The translations under genes were made by a program, and so were the position numbers. Of a stretch of DNA of 64,000 nt, positions 44,521 to 53,878 are shown in pieces. Each line of letters opens with the position of its first letter. The first letter of the stretch is position 1. The stretch is taken from assembly GCA_000004985.1 (NCBI GenBank), contig GG738850.1. One strand, 5' to 3'. The stretch is from Naegleria gruberi. Lineage: Eukaryota. The notes beneath the pieces were generated by a model. The model ran no database searches. It was not told the origin of the DNA and saw only the letters and a list, made by a program, of their open reading frames with translations.

Positions 44521-45450
44521 TTAACCACCATAAAATCTATAAAGATATACCAATTTGGAATTACTGTCAATTTCCAATTCTTTCAATGTTTTAGCATATT
44601 CACTTAAAGGAATTAACTTTGATTTGTTAGCTATTACAACGTTTTGATCTGTTACACACAATCTATCTTCTAATCTATTGATAAACATTTCAAACGTATC
44701 ATTTGGATTCATATAAACTTTCATTTTCTTTCTAATTAATGATTCGATAGTCAGTTCAATTGAGCTGACTTGTGGGGAAAATTTGGAAATTTCCTCATTT
44801 TTCAACAAATCTTCACCAACAAATCTGAAAGCATTTGGATCTTGATTCAAAGCTGTCAACACAATTTCCCTGTCATTCTTGAGAGATTCTCCAACAAATT
44901 CCAATAATAATCCAGAGTGTCTCACAATTTCCAATATAAAACGTCTATCATTCAATAAATCTTGATTGGAAACAAATTGAATAGCTCGTGGATCACATTT
45001 AACAGCAACTCTGCAAATTTCCTCATCTTCTCTCATCTCAACACTCAAATTTTTAAATAGAATCCAATTTTTCTGAACTAATTCCTTGTTAACTACTTTG
45101 GGATCTCTTATTTTCAATCTTTTCTCAAATTCATCATGTAAAATAGCTTGAGAAATTAGTTCAGTGTCATTTCTCAAACTTTTGTGTAAATATTCGAAAC
45201 CTTTACTTCCATACTTGTTAATAACAGCAAGAGCCACCTCCCGATCTAAACTAAAATCGAATGGTTTCCGACTCGGAATGAAGGGCACATTCGAATTTCG
45301 CATCTGATTTATAACCATCAATTTTCTAGAGAGCTGATTTAATCGTTCCTTTGATTTCTGTAGCATTTCAATTCTAATAGATTGTAGTAATGGATCATCA
45401 TTATTACTGACAAAGTCTATGAGTAAAATTGTTACACAGTGTTCTTGCAT
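44521..45450 (-). CDS. DUF4116-like repeat protein with a C-terminal ubiquitin-like (beta-grasp) domain ending in Gly-Gly
   Basis: Three or four ~35-aa repeats of the form LRNDTELISQAILHD / MREDEEICRVAVKCDPRAIQFVS / LKNDREIVLTALNQDPNAFRFVGEDL. The last ~70 aa, MKVYMNPNDTFEMFINRLEDRLCVTDQNVVIANKSKLIPLSEYAKTLKELEIDSNSKLVYLYRFYGG*, have ubiquitin-like spacing and the terminal GG immediately before the stop. Confidence 0.45.
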   Translation of the reverse strand: MQEHCVTILLIDFVSNNDDPLLQSIRIEMLQKSKERLNQLSRKLMVINQMRNSNVPFIPSRKPFDFSLDREVALAVINKYGSKGFEYLHKSLRNDTELISQAILHDEFEKRLKIRDPKVVNKELVQKNWILFKNLSVEMREDEEICRVAVKCDPRAIQFVSNQDLLNDRRFILEIVRHSGLLLEFVGESLKNDREIVLTALNQDPNAFRFVGEDLLKNEEISKFSPQVSSIELTIESLIRKKMKVYMNPNDTFEMFINRLEDRLCVTDQNVVIANKSKLIPLSEYAKTLKELEIDSNSKLVYLYRFYGG

Positions 45451-45506
45451 TCTTTTTTATTTTTGGATTTTTTAATATTATTCACTATTAATAGTTTAGT
45501 TTCGAT

Positions 45507-48500
45507 TTACTTTTTTCTACTGTCCTGCATTTCCCACTCACTATCCATTGGATTTTCCTCCAAATCAACTTCTCCAATCTTGACCAATTTCTTGGCAAAC
45601 TTTGGATTTAAAGCAAAATTCTTATATTGCATTTCAGGTTTAGGTTTTTCAATTTTAGTTTCTGGTTTAAGGCAACCAATTAGAATAAAGATACAACAAG
45701 TGAACATTAGAATGACTATCAAAACTGCCATGACAACAAGAGGGATCCATAGAATATCATTACCAGAGAATGTTTCAGGAAGAATAATTGGTTTAGCTTC
45801 TTCCACAATAATGATCTCTCCCCTTATTTCTAAAATACCTATCATTTGATTATCAAAACATGTGCAAACGCCTGTTGAGTTATCAGCCAGAGAAAATGAA
45901 CATGAAGGTGCATTAGTAATCTTTCCATCACTTAAAGTCTTGCATTCATATTTGTAAAAAACGTTTGAATTATTGTAGCCAACTTGTTCAGTAAGTGGAA
46001 TGAAAAACATGATAGGGGCTGTTAAGTTGTTCATATTTACCACTTGATTACTCGAGTTGACTATTGAAAGGAAAACAGTTGTTTTTGATTTGATGCTTGT
46101 TTTTGACTTGATAACTCGTTTAGGTTCTACAACCACAAACGAATCTGAATTGTATATTCCTTGATTATTAATGGAATATAATGAATAACTCCATGGTTTC
46201 ACGCTTGAGAGGGCAAGTTTTGGTAAAGTGACTTTTACACTCTGTGATGTAATATACATTTCTGAAAGCTCATCAGCAAAATGTCTATTTGAAGTAATGG
46301 TTGAATAACCAACATTGCTACTAGATGGCTCACTCCCTAATATCATATTTCTTTTGGATAATTCTGAAATGTAAGTTGAAAATTTCAAAAACTCAGAATC
46401 ATATTTCAAGTTGAATTCTAATTTGTTCACATTTTCGAACAATACTGAAATAAATCCTGACAGCAACTTTTCAACTCCATCTAAGAGTAAAATGTTCTTA
46501 TTTGAATAAGCTTCGCTCAAACATTTTTCAGAAGCATGAATCAAAAGCGACAATCTACCCTCATCTAGGGAGCTTACACTTTTAGAAAGTGAAAATGCTG
46601 AATAAATAAAGCTGGTGACAGATTCAGTAGTTAATGGATTAAGAGATTTTTCCCTTCCAACTTCTTCATTAGCCAAATTGGTTATAAAATCAAATTTAAG
46701 CTCCTCTATCAATGCATCAACATTTGAAGTGGAGGTAATTCTTTTTGTTGTTGAGTTTGACAATAGTTGGTCCTTAATCATTGTAACAATTGAGGTGATG
46801 GTTGCCGTGTTAAATACATTTTGAGAAAGAGTTTCTTCTTGCTTTTCCTGGATAGATCTTCTTGTCCAAGTCGAAATGAGGGATTTCAATTCTGTAATTT
46901 CACTAACAGTTGGTGGAATAATGGCGACACTGGTTTTGACAATCATATCAGTGTCGGTATCATGATCTACAATCTTAATATAGAGATCTAAGGTTCCAGA
47001 ATTTGATACTGGTAAATATTGAGACATTGATTTGTTTGATGATTGAGCAGAGCTGGAGGCTATTGGGATATTCAAACCTGAATAATTATCAATAAAACCA
47101 TATTCAAAATCAAAGGAGGGTTCTGTTTCACAATTTGGACATCTAAAAGAAAATTCTGTGCTAAGAGCATAACCAAGAGAAGGGGTTACTGAACATTCAC
47201 ACAGCTTTGGGAATTTCACAACCCTGAATTGATAAGACAAAGTTGAAGATAACCAACTAGATTCATCATCCACTCTTAGAGTGAGAATATAAACGCCTTC
47301 ATCCATATATTGAGTATCTATAATAATAGAGTTTGAGATAGACAATGGATTTCTCATTTTCTTTAGCAATGCTTGATCTATTTTAGTCCCATTAATCCTC
47401 CAAATTCTTTGAACGCGATTGATATCTTCAACTCCTTGAATTCCAACTTGAAGATTTAAAATCTCACCCTTTTTTACACTCTTTGGGTTCACAGAGCTGT
47501 AGAGAAGATTAATGACTGGTGGAATGCCAAACTTTGAATCTAAAGGGAAATTAATTTGTAAAGAGGAGGAGACATTCCTAAAACCTTTCACCACATTAAG
47601 GTTTATATCTATAGGAGCATTCCAAAAGCTTTGATTGTCTGGCTTGAAAATGGTTACATAGTTTGGTTCAGAATTGAAATTTAACAGAGAAGAACAAGTG
47701 TCCCCGTTCATAAAACAAGACCATAACATCTGTTCCTTCTCTGTTGTGTGGTCATTGTCAGTGAGGGAATATGCAAGAACGTATTTTGTCGAGGAGGCTT
47801 CTACTGCGAATAATTGCAAATCCAACTCTGAAATTCTAGTTTGAATGTTAAAGGTTGATGTAAATTTAGATGTTAAATACTCATTCATCGAGTTAAATTC
47901 AATTGAAAATGAATAGAGAGAATCCATCAGTGTAGAATATCTTGAAATAACCAAGTTGTTATAGTTATTTACAGAGAATGTTAGAGGAGGCCCATCTACC
48001 TTGGCATAGCTTGTAGTATAGGTAAAGTTAGAGGATACACAATTTGGATTGATTGTCTTTTTGAATACAATCGGTAAATCACTCACACTAACAACTTTGG
48101 AACCAATGAATACAGGAGGTTGTGGATCCGAGTTCATATCAAATGTGAAGGTAGTTTCACTTTCTGTTTTGAATAAGGTACTTTTCACTTTCAGTTTGAA
48201 AATGTGAACACCTCTGGAGTAGTCATTGAATTTGAAGAAGACAGTCTTAGCACCATTATTGTTGGCTTTCTGGAGGATAGTGTTAATCTTTGAATCTAAA
48301 GAGATAACACTCCACTCAAAAATGACAGGCTTTACATCTCTACTATAACTCTTCGATCCATCCAGAATGAAATCATCACATAATGAGTGTTTCTCTATTC
48401 TCACAGTAGGTGCCAATGGGGATGATGGAGGACTAACATTCATTTCAACAAAGGAGCCATTTGAATTCTCTCCTAGTACTTCCACATTGATATATAGGAT

Positions 48501-51500
48501 GCCCCCTAGTCTTAATGTAAAATCTTCACCAAGATTAATATAAAAGGTGCTATTTTTCCATTCACAAGACGGGAGAGTTCCTAAAAGCTCATTATTCAGA
48601 ACCACTTTTTTACAATCCACATAGTAAAGAGAAGGAAAAAATCCATTAGTTTCTAGGGAAATCTTATCGCCATTGTCTGAGAATTTCAAACCTGATTTAA
48701 AGCTCAACTGGCATTTGGCACCAAAATAGTTTTCCAAACAAGTCTCGCATTTAGTTCCTTTCCAAAATCCATTTTTCTGGTTCGAATAACATATACATGT
48801 TCCATTCATTTGGCATTCACCATGATAGGAACAAGATGAAGGTGAACTACATGGTGTTGTTTTACATTCTTCTCCAAAATAAGGATGCATGCATTGATCA
48901 CATTTATCTCCACTCCAGTATCCCTTAATATCATCTTGATAACAGGAGCAAGAATTCAGTTGTTTACATTCTCCATGACGACTGCAGACACTAGTATTTG
49001 AATACTCAATACCAAAGCAATAAAAGTTTTTACATTCTTTACCATAGAAACCATCTCTGCATTCACAAATATCAGGAGATTTACAATAGCCTTGACTTGA
49101 ACAAACATTATAACTCTGTGAAGATTTTCCATAACAGTTGAACAGATTGCATTCAGCTCCATAAAACCCTTCTTTGCAAGAACAATTATTTGGAGAAGTA
49201 CATATTCCATTTGATGAGCATACATTTTCACTGGCGAAATCTATGCTAAAGCAGGAATAATTGCTGCACGTTAATCCTTCATATCCATTTTCGCATTTGC
49301 ACAAGTTTGGGGCAATACATTCTCCATTTGAATGACAAGTTCCTGGATCATTATTTGAAATATTAAAACAATCAAATTGTTCACATTCATCACCGTAGTG
49401 ACCTATGTTGCAGGAACAATTGTTAGGACCTGCACAGGACCCGTTTGAAGAGCAAGCTATGGAATCATTCCTTTCAATCCCAAAACAGGAGAAGTCAGAG
49501 CAATCAACACCAAAGTAACCACTAGTTGTACAATTACATACATCCCTTGAGACGCAATCACCATTACCTGAACAAACATTGGTATTATTATTCAAAACTC
49601 CAAAGCAGTAGAAATTTTCACACCTATCTCCAAAGAAGTCAGAGAAACAATCACACTCATTTGGTTTGATGCACACTCCATTTCCTGAGCAGACCTCCTG
49701 GCTTGTATTCACAACCCCAAAACATGACGCAAATTCACAACTATCACCACTGAAACCATCAAAACAGGAGCAATTATTGTAATCAAAACATTGCCCTAAT
49801 GAAGAACATGCTAAGGAATGGTTTGAGGGATATCCAAAACATGTAAATTCATCACATTTTTCTGAAAGATATCCTTCAAAGCATAAACACTCATCACTAG
49901 AGACACATTTACCATTCCCACTGCAAACATTTGAGCTATTAGAAGAGTAACCATAACAATCGAAAAGAGAACATTCCAGTCCATGATATCCATCATCGCA
50001 TGAACAGTTATTAGGTCCTAAACACATTCCGTTTGAGGAACATACAGATGTCTCTGTTTCATTCTTTCCAAAGCATTCAAAGTGTTCACAATTATTGCCA
50101 TAAAAACCTTCCAAACATGAACAGTTACCTGGGGATACGCATAGACCATTAGATGAACATACAGCTGTTGAATTGTTTTCCAATGAGAAACAGGTAAACT
50201 TTTCACATTGGTTTCCATAATAACCTTCATAACAAGTGCAGTTGTTTGGTGAGGAACAAAGACCATTTCTTGAACAGGAATCCACTGTTGAACTCTCAAT
50301 CCCAAAACAATCATAAAAAGTACACTCTAAACCATAATATCCACTGAAACATGTGCAATTATTTGGGGAATGGCAATCACCATTTGAAGAGCAAACTGAA
50401 CAGTCCGTTTCATTCTTTCCAAAACATTGATGGTACTGACAATTATTTCCAAAATATCCTTCTTCACAAGTGCAGTTATTTGGAGAGTTACACTCACCTC
50501 TCGAAGTACAGACTAAGGTTGAATTGTGTTCAATGTTAAAACATTGATACATGTTGCACTCTATTCCATAGTATCCTTGATGACAGGAACAATTATTATA
50601 AGAAGAACAACAGCCATTATACGAGCATACTTCCTCTCTTGAATGCTCAATACCAAAACAATCGAATAATGAGCAATCCGTTCCATAGTATACTCCTTCA
50701 CAGGAACAATTATTTGGACTTGAGCAAATACCATTCCCAAAGCAAACACTGGAGTTATCTTTCCTTATTCCATGACAATTAAAATATTGACACATATCTC
50801 CATAGTAATTGGGACTACATGAACAATTATTGACAGTCACACACAACCCTCTCCCACTGCAGACTCCCGAAAAGTTAGCAGGAATATTGAAGCATTTAGG
50901 TATTTCACAACTACTTCCTATCCAAGAATCATTGCATGAGCAGGAATTAGGAGAGGAGCAATTACCATGATTGCTGCACACTCCGCTCTCTCCATTGGTT
51001 TTACCAAAACAAACAGGAGAACTACAATCTTTTCCTGTCCACATTGTAAAATCTGAACATGTACAATTATTAGGAGACACGCATGTTCCGTGTCCAGAGC
51101 AAGTTGCTGGGAGGTCTTTTTCAATTGAGTAACAATAGTAATTTTGGCAAAGGTTTCCACTATAGCCATTTGAGCAATCACAATGGTCAATGTAAGAGCA
51201 AACTCCAAACGAAGAGCAAACAGTTGAATTATTCCATAAAACTCCACCACAGCTGGTATGGGTCAATTTTCTAACTCTAAAATTCGAAGTATCTGCAATG
51301 AAAACTTCATTAGAAATATTTGAATACGAAATTGAGTAAACTGAATCAATTTGAGCAGACAGAGAATCTGTTCCATCACCCACACTCCCTGAATTCCTTG
51401 CAGATCCAGCAATTGTTCGTATAATTCCATTTGAATAAACCTTCCTTATTACATAATTATCACTGTCAGAAATAAGCATTTCACCTGCTGATGTAAAGGC

Positions 51501-52400
51501 TATTGATGTTGGACTGCTTAATTGAGCTTGTTTAGCTTGACCTCCATCTCCTAAATATCCACTCACACCTGTACCAACAACTGTGATAATCTTGTTATCT
51601 AATCCAACCTTTCTAATAACATTATTGCCAGTGTCAGCAATAAACAACTCGCCCGTTGTTGGTGATATGGCAACATCGTTAGGGCTGTTGAGTTTAGCAC
51701 TTGTGGCAACACCATTATCTCCACCATATCCTAACAGAGAACAAGTGCCTGCAGCTACACTCACAACCGTTCCACTAATTTTACCAATACAATGATAGGT
51801 ATAATCTGAAAAGTATAAGACTCCACTCGAAGAAACTGCCAATCCCAATACTTGACCAATAGTAGAACTGGTTGCAGTTCCTTCAGTCAAAGCTCCTTTT
51901 GTTCCTTTTCCAATAACTGTGGAAATAATTTGATTCGTTGATATCTTTCTAATTCTATAATTTAGAGAATCACCCAAATACAAAGTCCCGTCTCCACTAT
52001 AAAAAGCCAAAGCTTGAGGTTTGTTGAGCTTGGCAGATGTCGCTACACCATTATCACCAAAATACCCTCCTGAAGATCCAGTTCCTGCTATTGTTTTGAT
52101 AATTCCATTCGATACTTTCCTTATTCTGTGATATGTTTTATCGGCAATGTACAAATCTCCATTCGATCCTACTTCAATAGCATCTACATAACCAATTGAA
52201 GCATGACTAGGGGATACACCATCTCCAGAATTTCCCTCATTACCATCCCCAACATAGGAGGTGATAGTAAATCGCTCGATTTGATCTGTGACTACTACAC
52301 CATTAAGGCTATTCAATATGATTAATATTAATATAACAATATACATCACTCGGCTATTACGGATTATTGTACAACCATCCGATCCTTTTGACTTCATCAT
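45507..52400 (-). CDS. Giant type-I membrane protein: signal peptide, ~6 NHL repeats, ~25 tandem EGF/tenascin-type Cys repeats, ~1000-aa Cys-poor extracellular region, single TM, short cytoplasmic tail
   Basis: Single 2297-aa ORF. NHL-like YIADKTYHRIRKV, LYLGDSLNYRIRKI, FIADTGNNVIRKV, LISDSDNYVIRKV, FIADTSNFRVRKL. Repeated CxGxGxCxSPNNCxCxxGYxGxxC units from about aa 390 to 1150. TM is ILWIPLVVMAVLIVILMFTCCIFILIGCL near the C-terminus. Confidence 0.7.
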   Translation of the reverse strand: MMKSKGSDGCTIIRNSRVMYIVILILIILNSLNGVVVTDQIERFTITSYVGDGNEGNSGDGVSPSHASIGYVDAIEVGSNGDLYIADKTYHRIRKVSNGIIKTIAGTGSSGGYFGDNGVATSAKLNKPQALAFYSGDGTLYLGDSLNYRIRKISTNQIISTVIGKGTKGALTEGTATSSTIGQVLGLAVSSSGVLYFSDYTYHCIGKISGTVVSVAAGTCSLLGYGGDNGVATSAKLNSPNDVAISPTTGELFIADTGNNVIRKVGLDNKIITVVGTGVSGYLGDGGQAKQAQLSSPTSIAFTSAGEMLISDSDNYVIRKVYSNGIIRTIAGSARNSGSVGDGTDSLSAQIDSVYSISYSNISNEVFIADTSNFRVRKLTHTSCGGVLWNNSTVCSSFGVCSYIDHCDCSNGYSGNLCQNYYCYSIEKDLPATCSGHGTCVSPNNCTCSDFTMWTGKDCSSPVCFGKTNGESGVCSNHGNCSSPNSCSCNDSWIGSSCEIPKCFNIPANFSGVCSGRGLCVTVNNCSCSPNYYGDMCQYFNCHGIRKDNSSVCFGNGICSSPNNCSCEGVYYGTDCSLFDCFGIEHSREEVCSYNGCCSSYNNCSCHQGYYGIECNMYQCFNIEHNSTLVCTSRGECNSPNNCTCEEGYFGNNCQYHQCFGKNETDCSVCSSNGDCHSPNNCTCFSGYYGLECTFYDCFGIESSTVDSCSRNGLCSSPNNCTCYEGYYGNQCEKFTCFSLENNSTAVCSSNGLCVSPGNCSCLEGFYGNNCEHFECFGKNETETSVCSSNGMCLGPNNCSCDDGYHGLECSLFDCYGYSSNSSNVCSGNGKCVSSDECLCFEGYLSEKCDEFTCFGYPSNHSLACSSLGQCFDYNNCSCFDGFSGDSCEFASCFGVVNTSQEVCSGNGVCIKPNECDCFSDFFGDRCENFYCFGVLNNNTNVCSGNGDCVSRDVCNCTTSGYFGVDCSDFSCFGIERNDSIACSSNGSCAGPNNCSCNIGHYGDECEQFDCFNISNNDPGTCHSNGECIAPNLCKCENGYEGLTCSNYSCFSIDFASENVCSSNGICTSPNNCSCKEGFYGAECNLFNCYGKSSQSYNVCSSQGYCKSPDICECRDGFYGKECKNFYCFGIEYSNTSVCSRHGECKQLNSCSCYQDDIKGYWSGDKCDQCMHPYFGEECKTTPCSSPSSCSYHGECQMNGTCICYSNQKNGFWKGTKCETCLENYFGAKCQLSFKSGLKFSDNGDKISLETNGFFPSLYYVDCKKVVLNNELLGTLPSCEWKNSTFYINLGEDFTLRLGGILYINVEVLGENSNGSFVEMNVSPPSSPLAPTVRIEKHSLCDDFILDGSKSYSRDVKPVIFEWSVISLDSKINTILQKANNNGAKTVFFKFNDYSRGVHIFKLKVKSTLFKTESETTFTFDMNSDPQPPVFIGSKVVSVSDLPIVFKKTINPNCVSSNFTYTTSYAKVDGPPLTFSVNNYNNLVISRYSTLMDSLYSFSIEFNSMNEYLTSKFTSTFNIQTRISELDLQLFAVEASSTKYVLAYSLTDNDHTTEKEQMLWSCFMNGDTCSSLLNFNSEPNYVTIFKPDNQSFWNAPIDINLNVVKGFRNVSSSLQINFPLDSKFGIPPVINLLYSSVNPKSVKKGEILNLQVGIQGVEDINRVQRIWRINGTKIDQALLKKMRNPLSISNSIIIDTQYMDEGVYILTLRVDDESSWLSSTLSYQFRVVKFPKLCECSVTPSLGYALSTEFSFRCPNCETEPSFDFEYGFIDNYSGLNIPIASSSAQSSNKSMSQYLPVSNSGTLDLYIKIVDHDTDTDMIVKTSVAIIPPTVSEITELKSLISTWTRRSIQEKQEETLSQNVFNTATITSIVTMIKDQLLSNSTTKRITSTSNVDALIEELKFDFITNLANEEVGREKSLNPLTTESVTSFIYSAFSLSKSVSSLDEGRLSLLIHASEKCLSEAYSNKNILLLDGVEKLLSGFISVLFENVNKLEFNLKYDSEFLKFSTYISELSKRNMILGSEPSSSNVGYSTITSNRHFADELSEMYITSQSVKVTLPKLALSSVKPWSYSLYSINNQGIYNSDSFVVVEPKRVIKSKTSIKSKTTVFLSIVNSSNQVVNMNNLTAPIMFFIPLTEQVGYNNSNVFYKYECKTLSDGKITNAPSCSFSLADNSTGVCTCFDNQMIGILEIRGEIIIVEEAKPIILPETFSGNDILWIPLVVMAVLIVILMFTCCIFILIGCLKPETKIEKPKPEMQYKNFALNPKFAKKLVKIGEVDLEENPMDSEWEMQDSRKK

Positions 52401-52727
52401 TTCTTCCGTGATGATATTGAAGGTAAGGTTATTAAATTCCTCACTAACTTGTTGTTGAGGCTTTTTTTACAGTATTTTACTGTAATGTGACTTACTGCAG
52501 GCGAAATATTAATATTGAATTACTAAGTAACCATTCCAAATGGAACAAATTCATTTCACAATCAATTCATCTCGAAAGTTGTCAATCAAATAATATTGGA
52601 GAAATAAAAATCACAGCATTTTTTTTATTGTTTTTTTCAATATTGTTATTCAAGTATGGTCCTTAAGAGGTCTTTGTAAACAAGTGGTTCTTCAATCATT
52701 CTAATTGAAATACTCAAATATAAAAAA

Positions 52728-53648
52728 ATGTCTCAAAAGCTTGTGCTAATTACTGGTGTTTCTCAGGGCATTGGAAATGCATTGATGAGAAATCTATTGG
52801 CTAAGTCTTCATATAAGATTATTGGAACTGTTAGAAATGCAAGTGATAAAGAGAAAGTCATGCAATCACTTGTTTCCGATCGGACTAAAAGTAATTTGGA
52901 TGAAAGAGTGACCCTTGTAAATATTAATTTTCTCAAAGAATTGCAGAATAAGCAAGAAGCCAATGATTGGATCAAGTCAATCAGTGCAGATGCTTCTAAA
53001 CATTTCCAAAATACCTTTACTGCCCCAAATATTCTCATCAACAATGCAGGAATAATGTTGAAAAATGATGAAAATTTCAAGAACATGTCAACTGTTCAAT
53101 TGGTGAGAGATACATTGAAGGTTAACTTTTTTACTCCATTCTATTTGAGTGAGAGTTTATTGGACATTAGTTCCTCATCAGCTCATTCCCCAACCATCTT
53201 GAATTTGGGAGCCAGAGTATGTAAATTATCAACCAACAATTATCTGAAATCAATTCCAGAAATTGGAGAAACTCTCAAAGATAAAGTATTCACTCCAGAA
53301 AAATCTCAACTCACCTCAGAAGATTTATATCATCTTCTCACTCAATCAGTTATGAAAAATCCAGATTACATGTCTACTGAAAGAATATCCAAAATTCCAG
53401 CAGCACTTCCAGATGCTCCCTATCTTGTTTCAAAGGTTTTCCTTCATGCATTGACTAAAATTGAGGGAACAACTCGTCAAAACGCTCAAGTCAATGCTGT
53501 AGATCCTGGTTGGGTCAACACTAGATTGACCTCCTTTAAGGCTCCACTCACACCAGATAAGGCAGCTCAAAACATTCTCCAACTCTTAGACACACCTCTT
53601 CAAAATGGACAACTCTATGGAGATGGAAAACTCATCACTTATGTATAA
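52728..53648 (+). CDS. Short-chain dehydrogenase/reductase (SDR) family oxidoreductase
   Basis: N-terminal Rossmann motif LVLITGVSQGIGNAL (TGxxxGIG), NNAG (INNAGIM) and catalytic YxxxK (YLVSKVF). Confidence 0.8.
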   Translation: MSQKLVLITGVSQGIGNALMRNLLAKSSYKIIGTVRNASDKEKVMQSLVSDRTKSNLDERVTLVNINFLKELQNKQEANDWIKSISADASKHFQNTFTAPNILINNAGIMLKNDENFKNMSTVQLVRDTLKVNFFTPFYLSESLLDISSSSAHSPTILNLGARVCKLSTNNYLKSIPEIGETLKDKVFTPEKSQLTSEDLYHLLTQSVMKNPDYMSTERISKIPAALPDAPYLVSKVFLHALTKIEGTTRQNAQVNAVDPGWVNTRLTSFKAPLTPDKAAQNILQLLDTPLQNGQLYGDGKLITYV

Positions 53649-53878
53649 AAACCATTGTAAAACATTGAATGTGTTGTTTTTTTCAAGAGAATGAACTTGT
53701 TCCTTTGCATCTCCTTCGAACATCTCAGAACATCCAAAGCAGCTATTTTAGGAACTCACTCAAATCTATTCAACATTTTTTCAATCACAAAAAAATATCA
53801 TCATTTAAAATCTGGTGTTGTTTTGATCAAATTGAAAAAATAGATCATCTTGTAAATTAAAGAGAATATATAAAGACA

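Noticed and set aside
45507-52400. Several 60-110-aa antisense ORFs inside the giant NHL/EGF gene (for example 48956..49231, 50018..50314, 50918..51250) and the + strand ORF 45439..45849 over its start
   Set aside because: They lie wholly within a long, well-supported CDS on the opposite strand and are low complexity (His/Val/Met-rich from reading Cys/Asn codons backwards). This is a codon-bias artefact.
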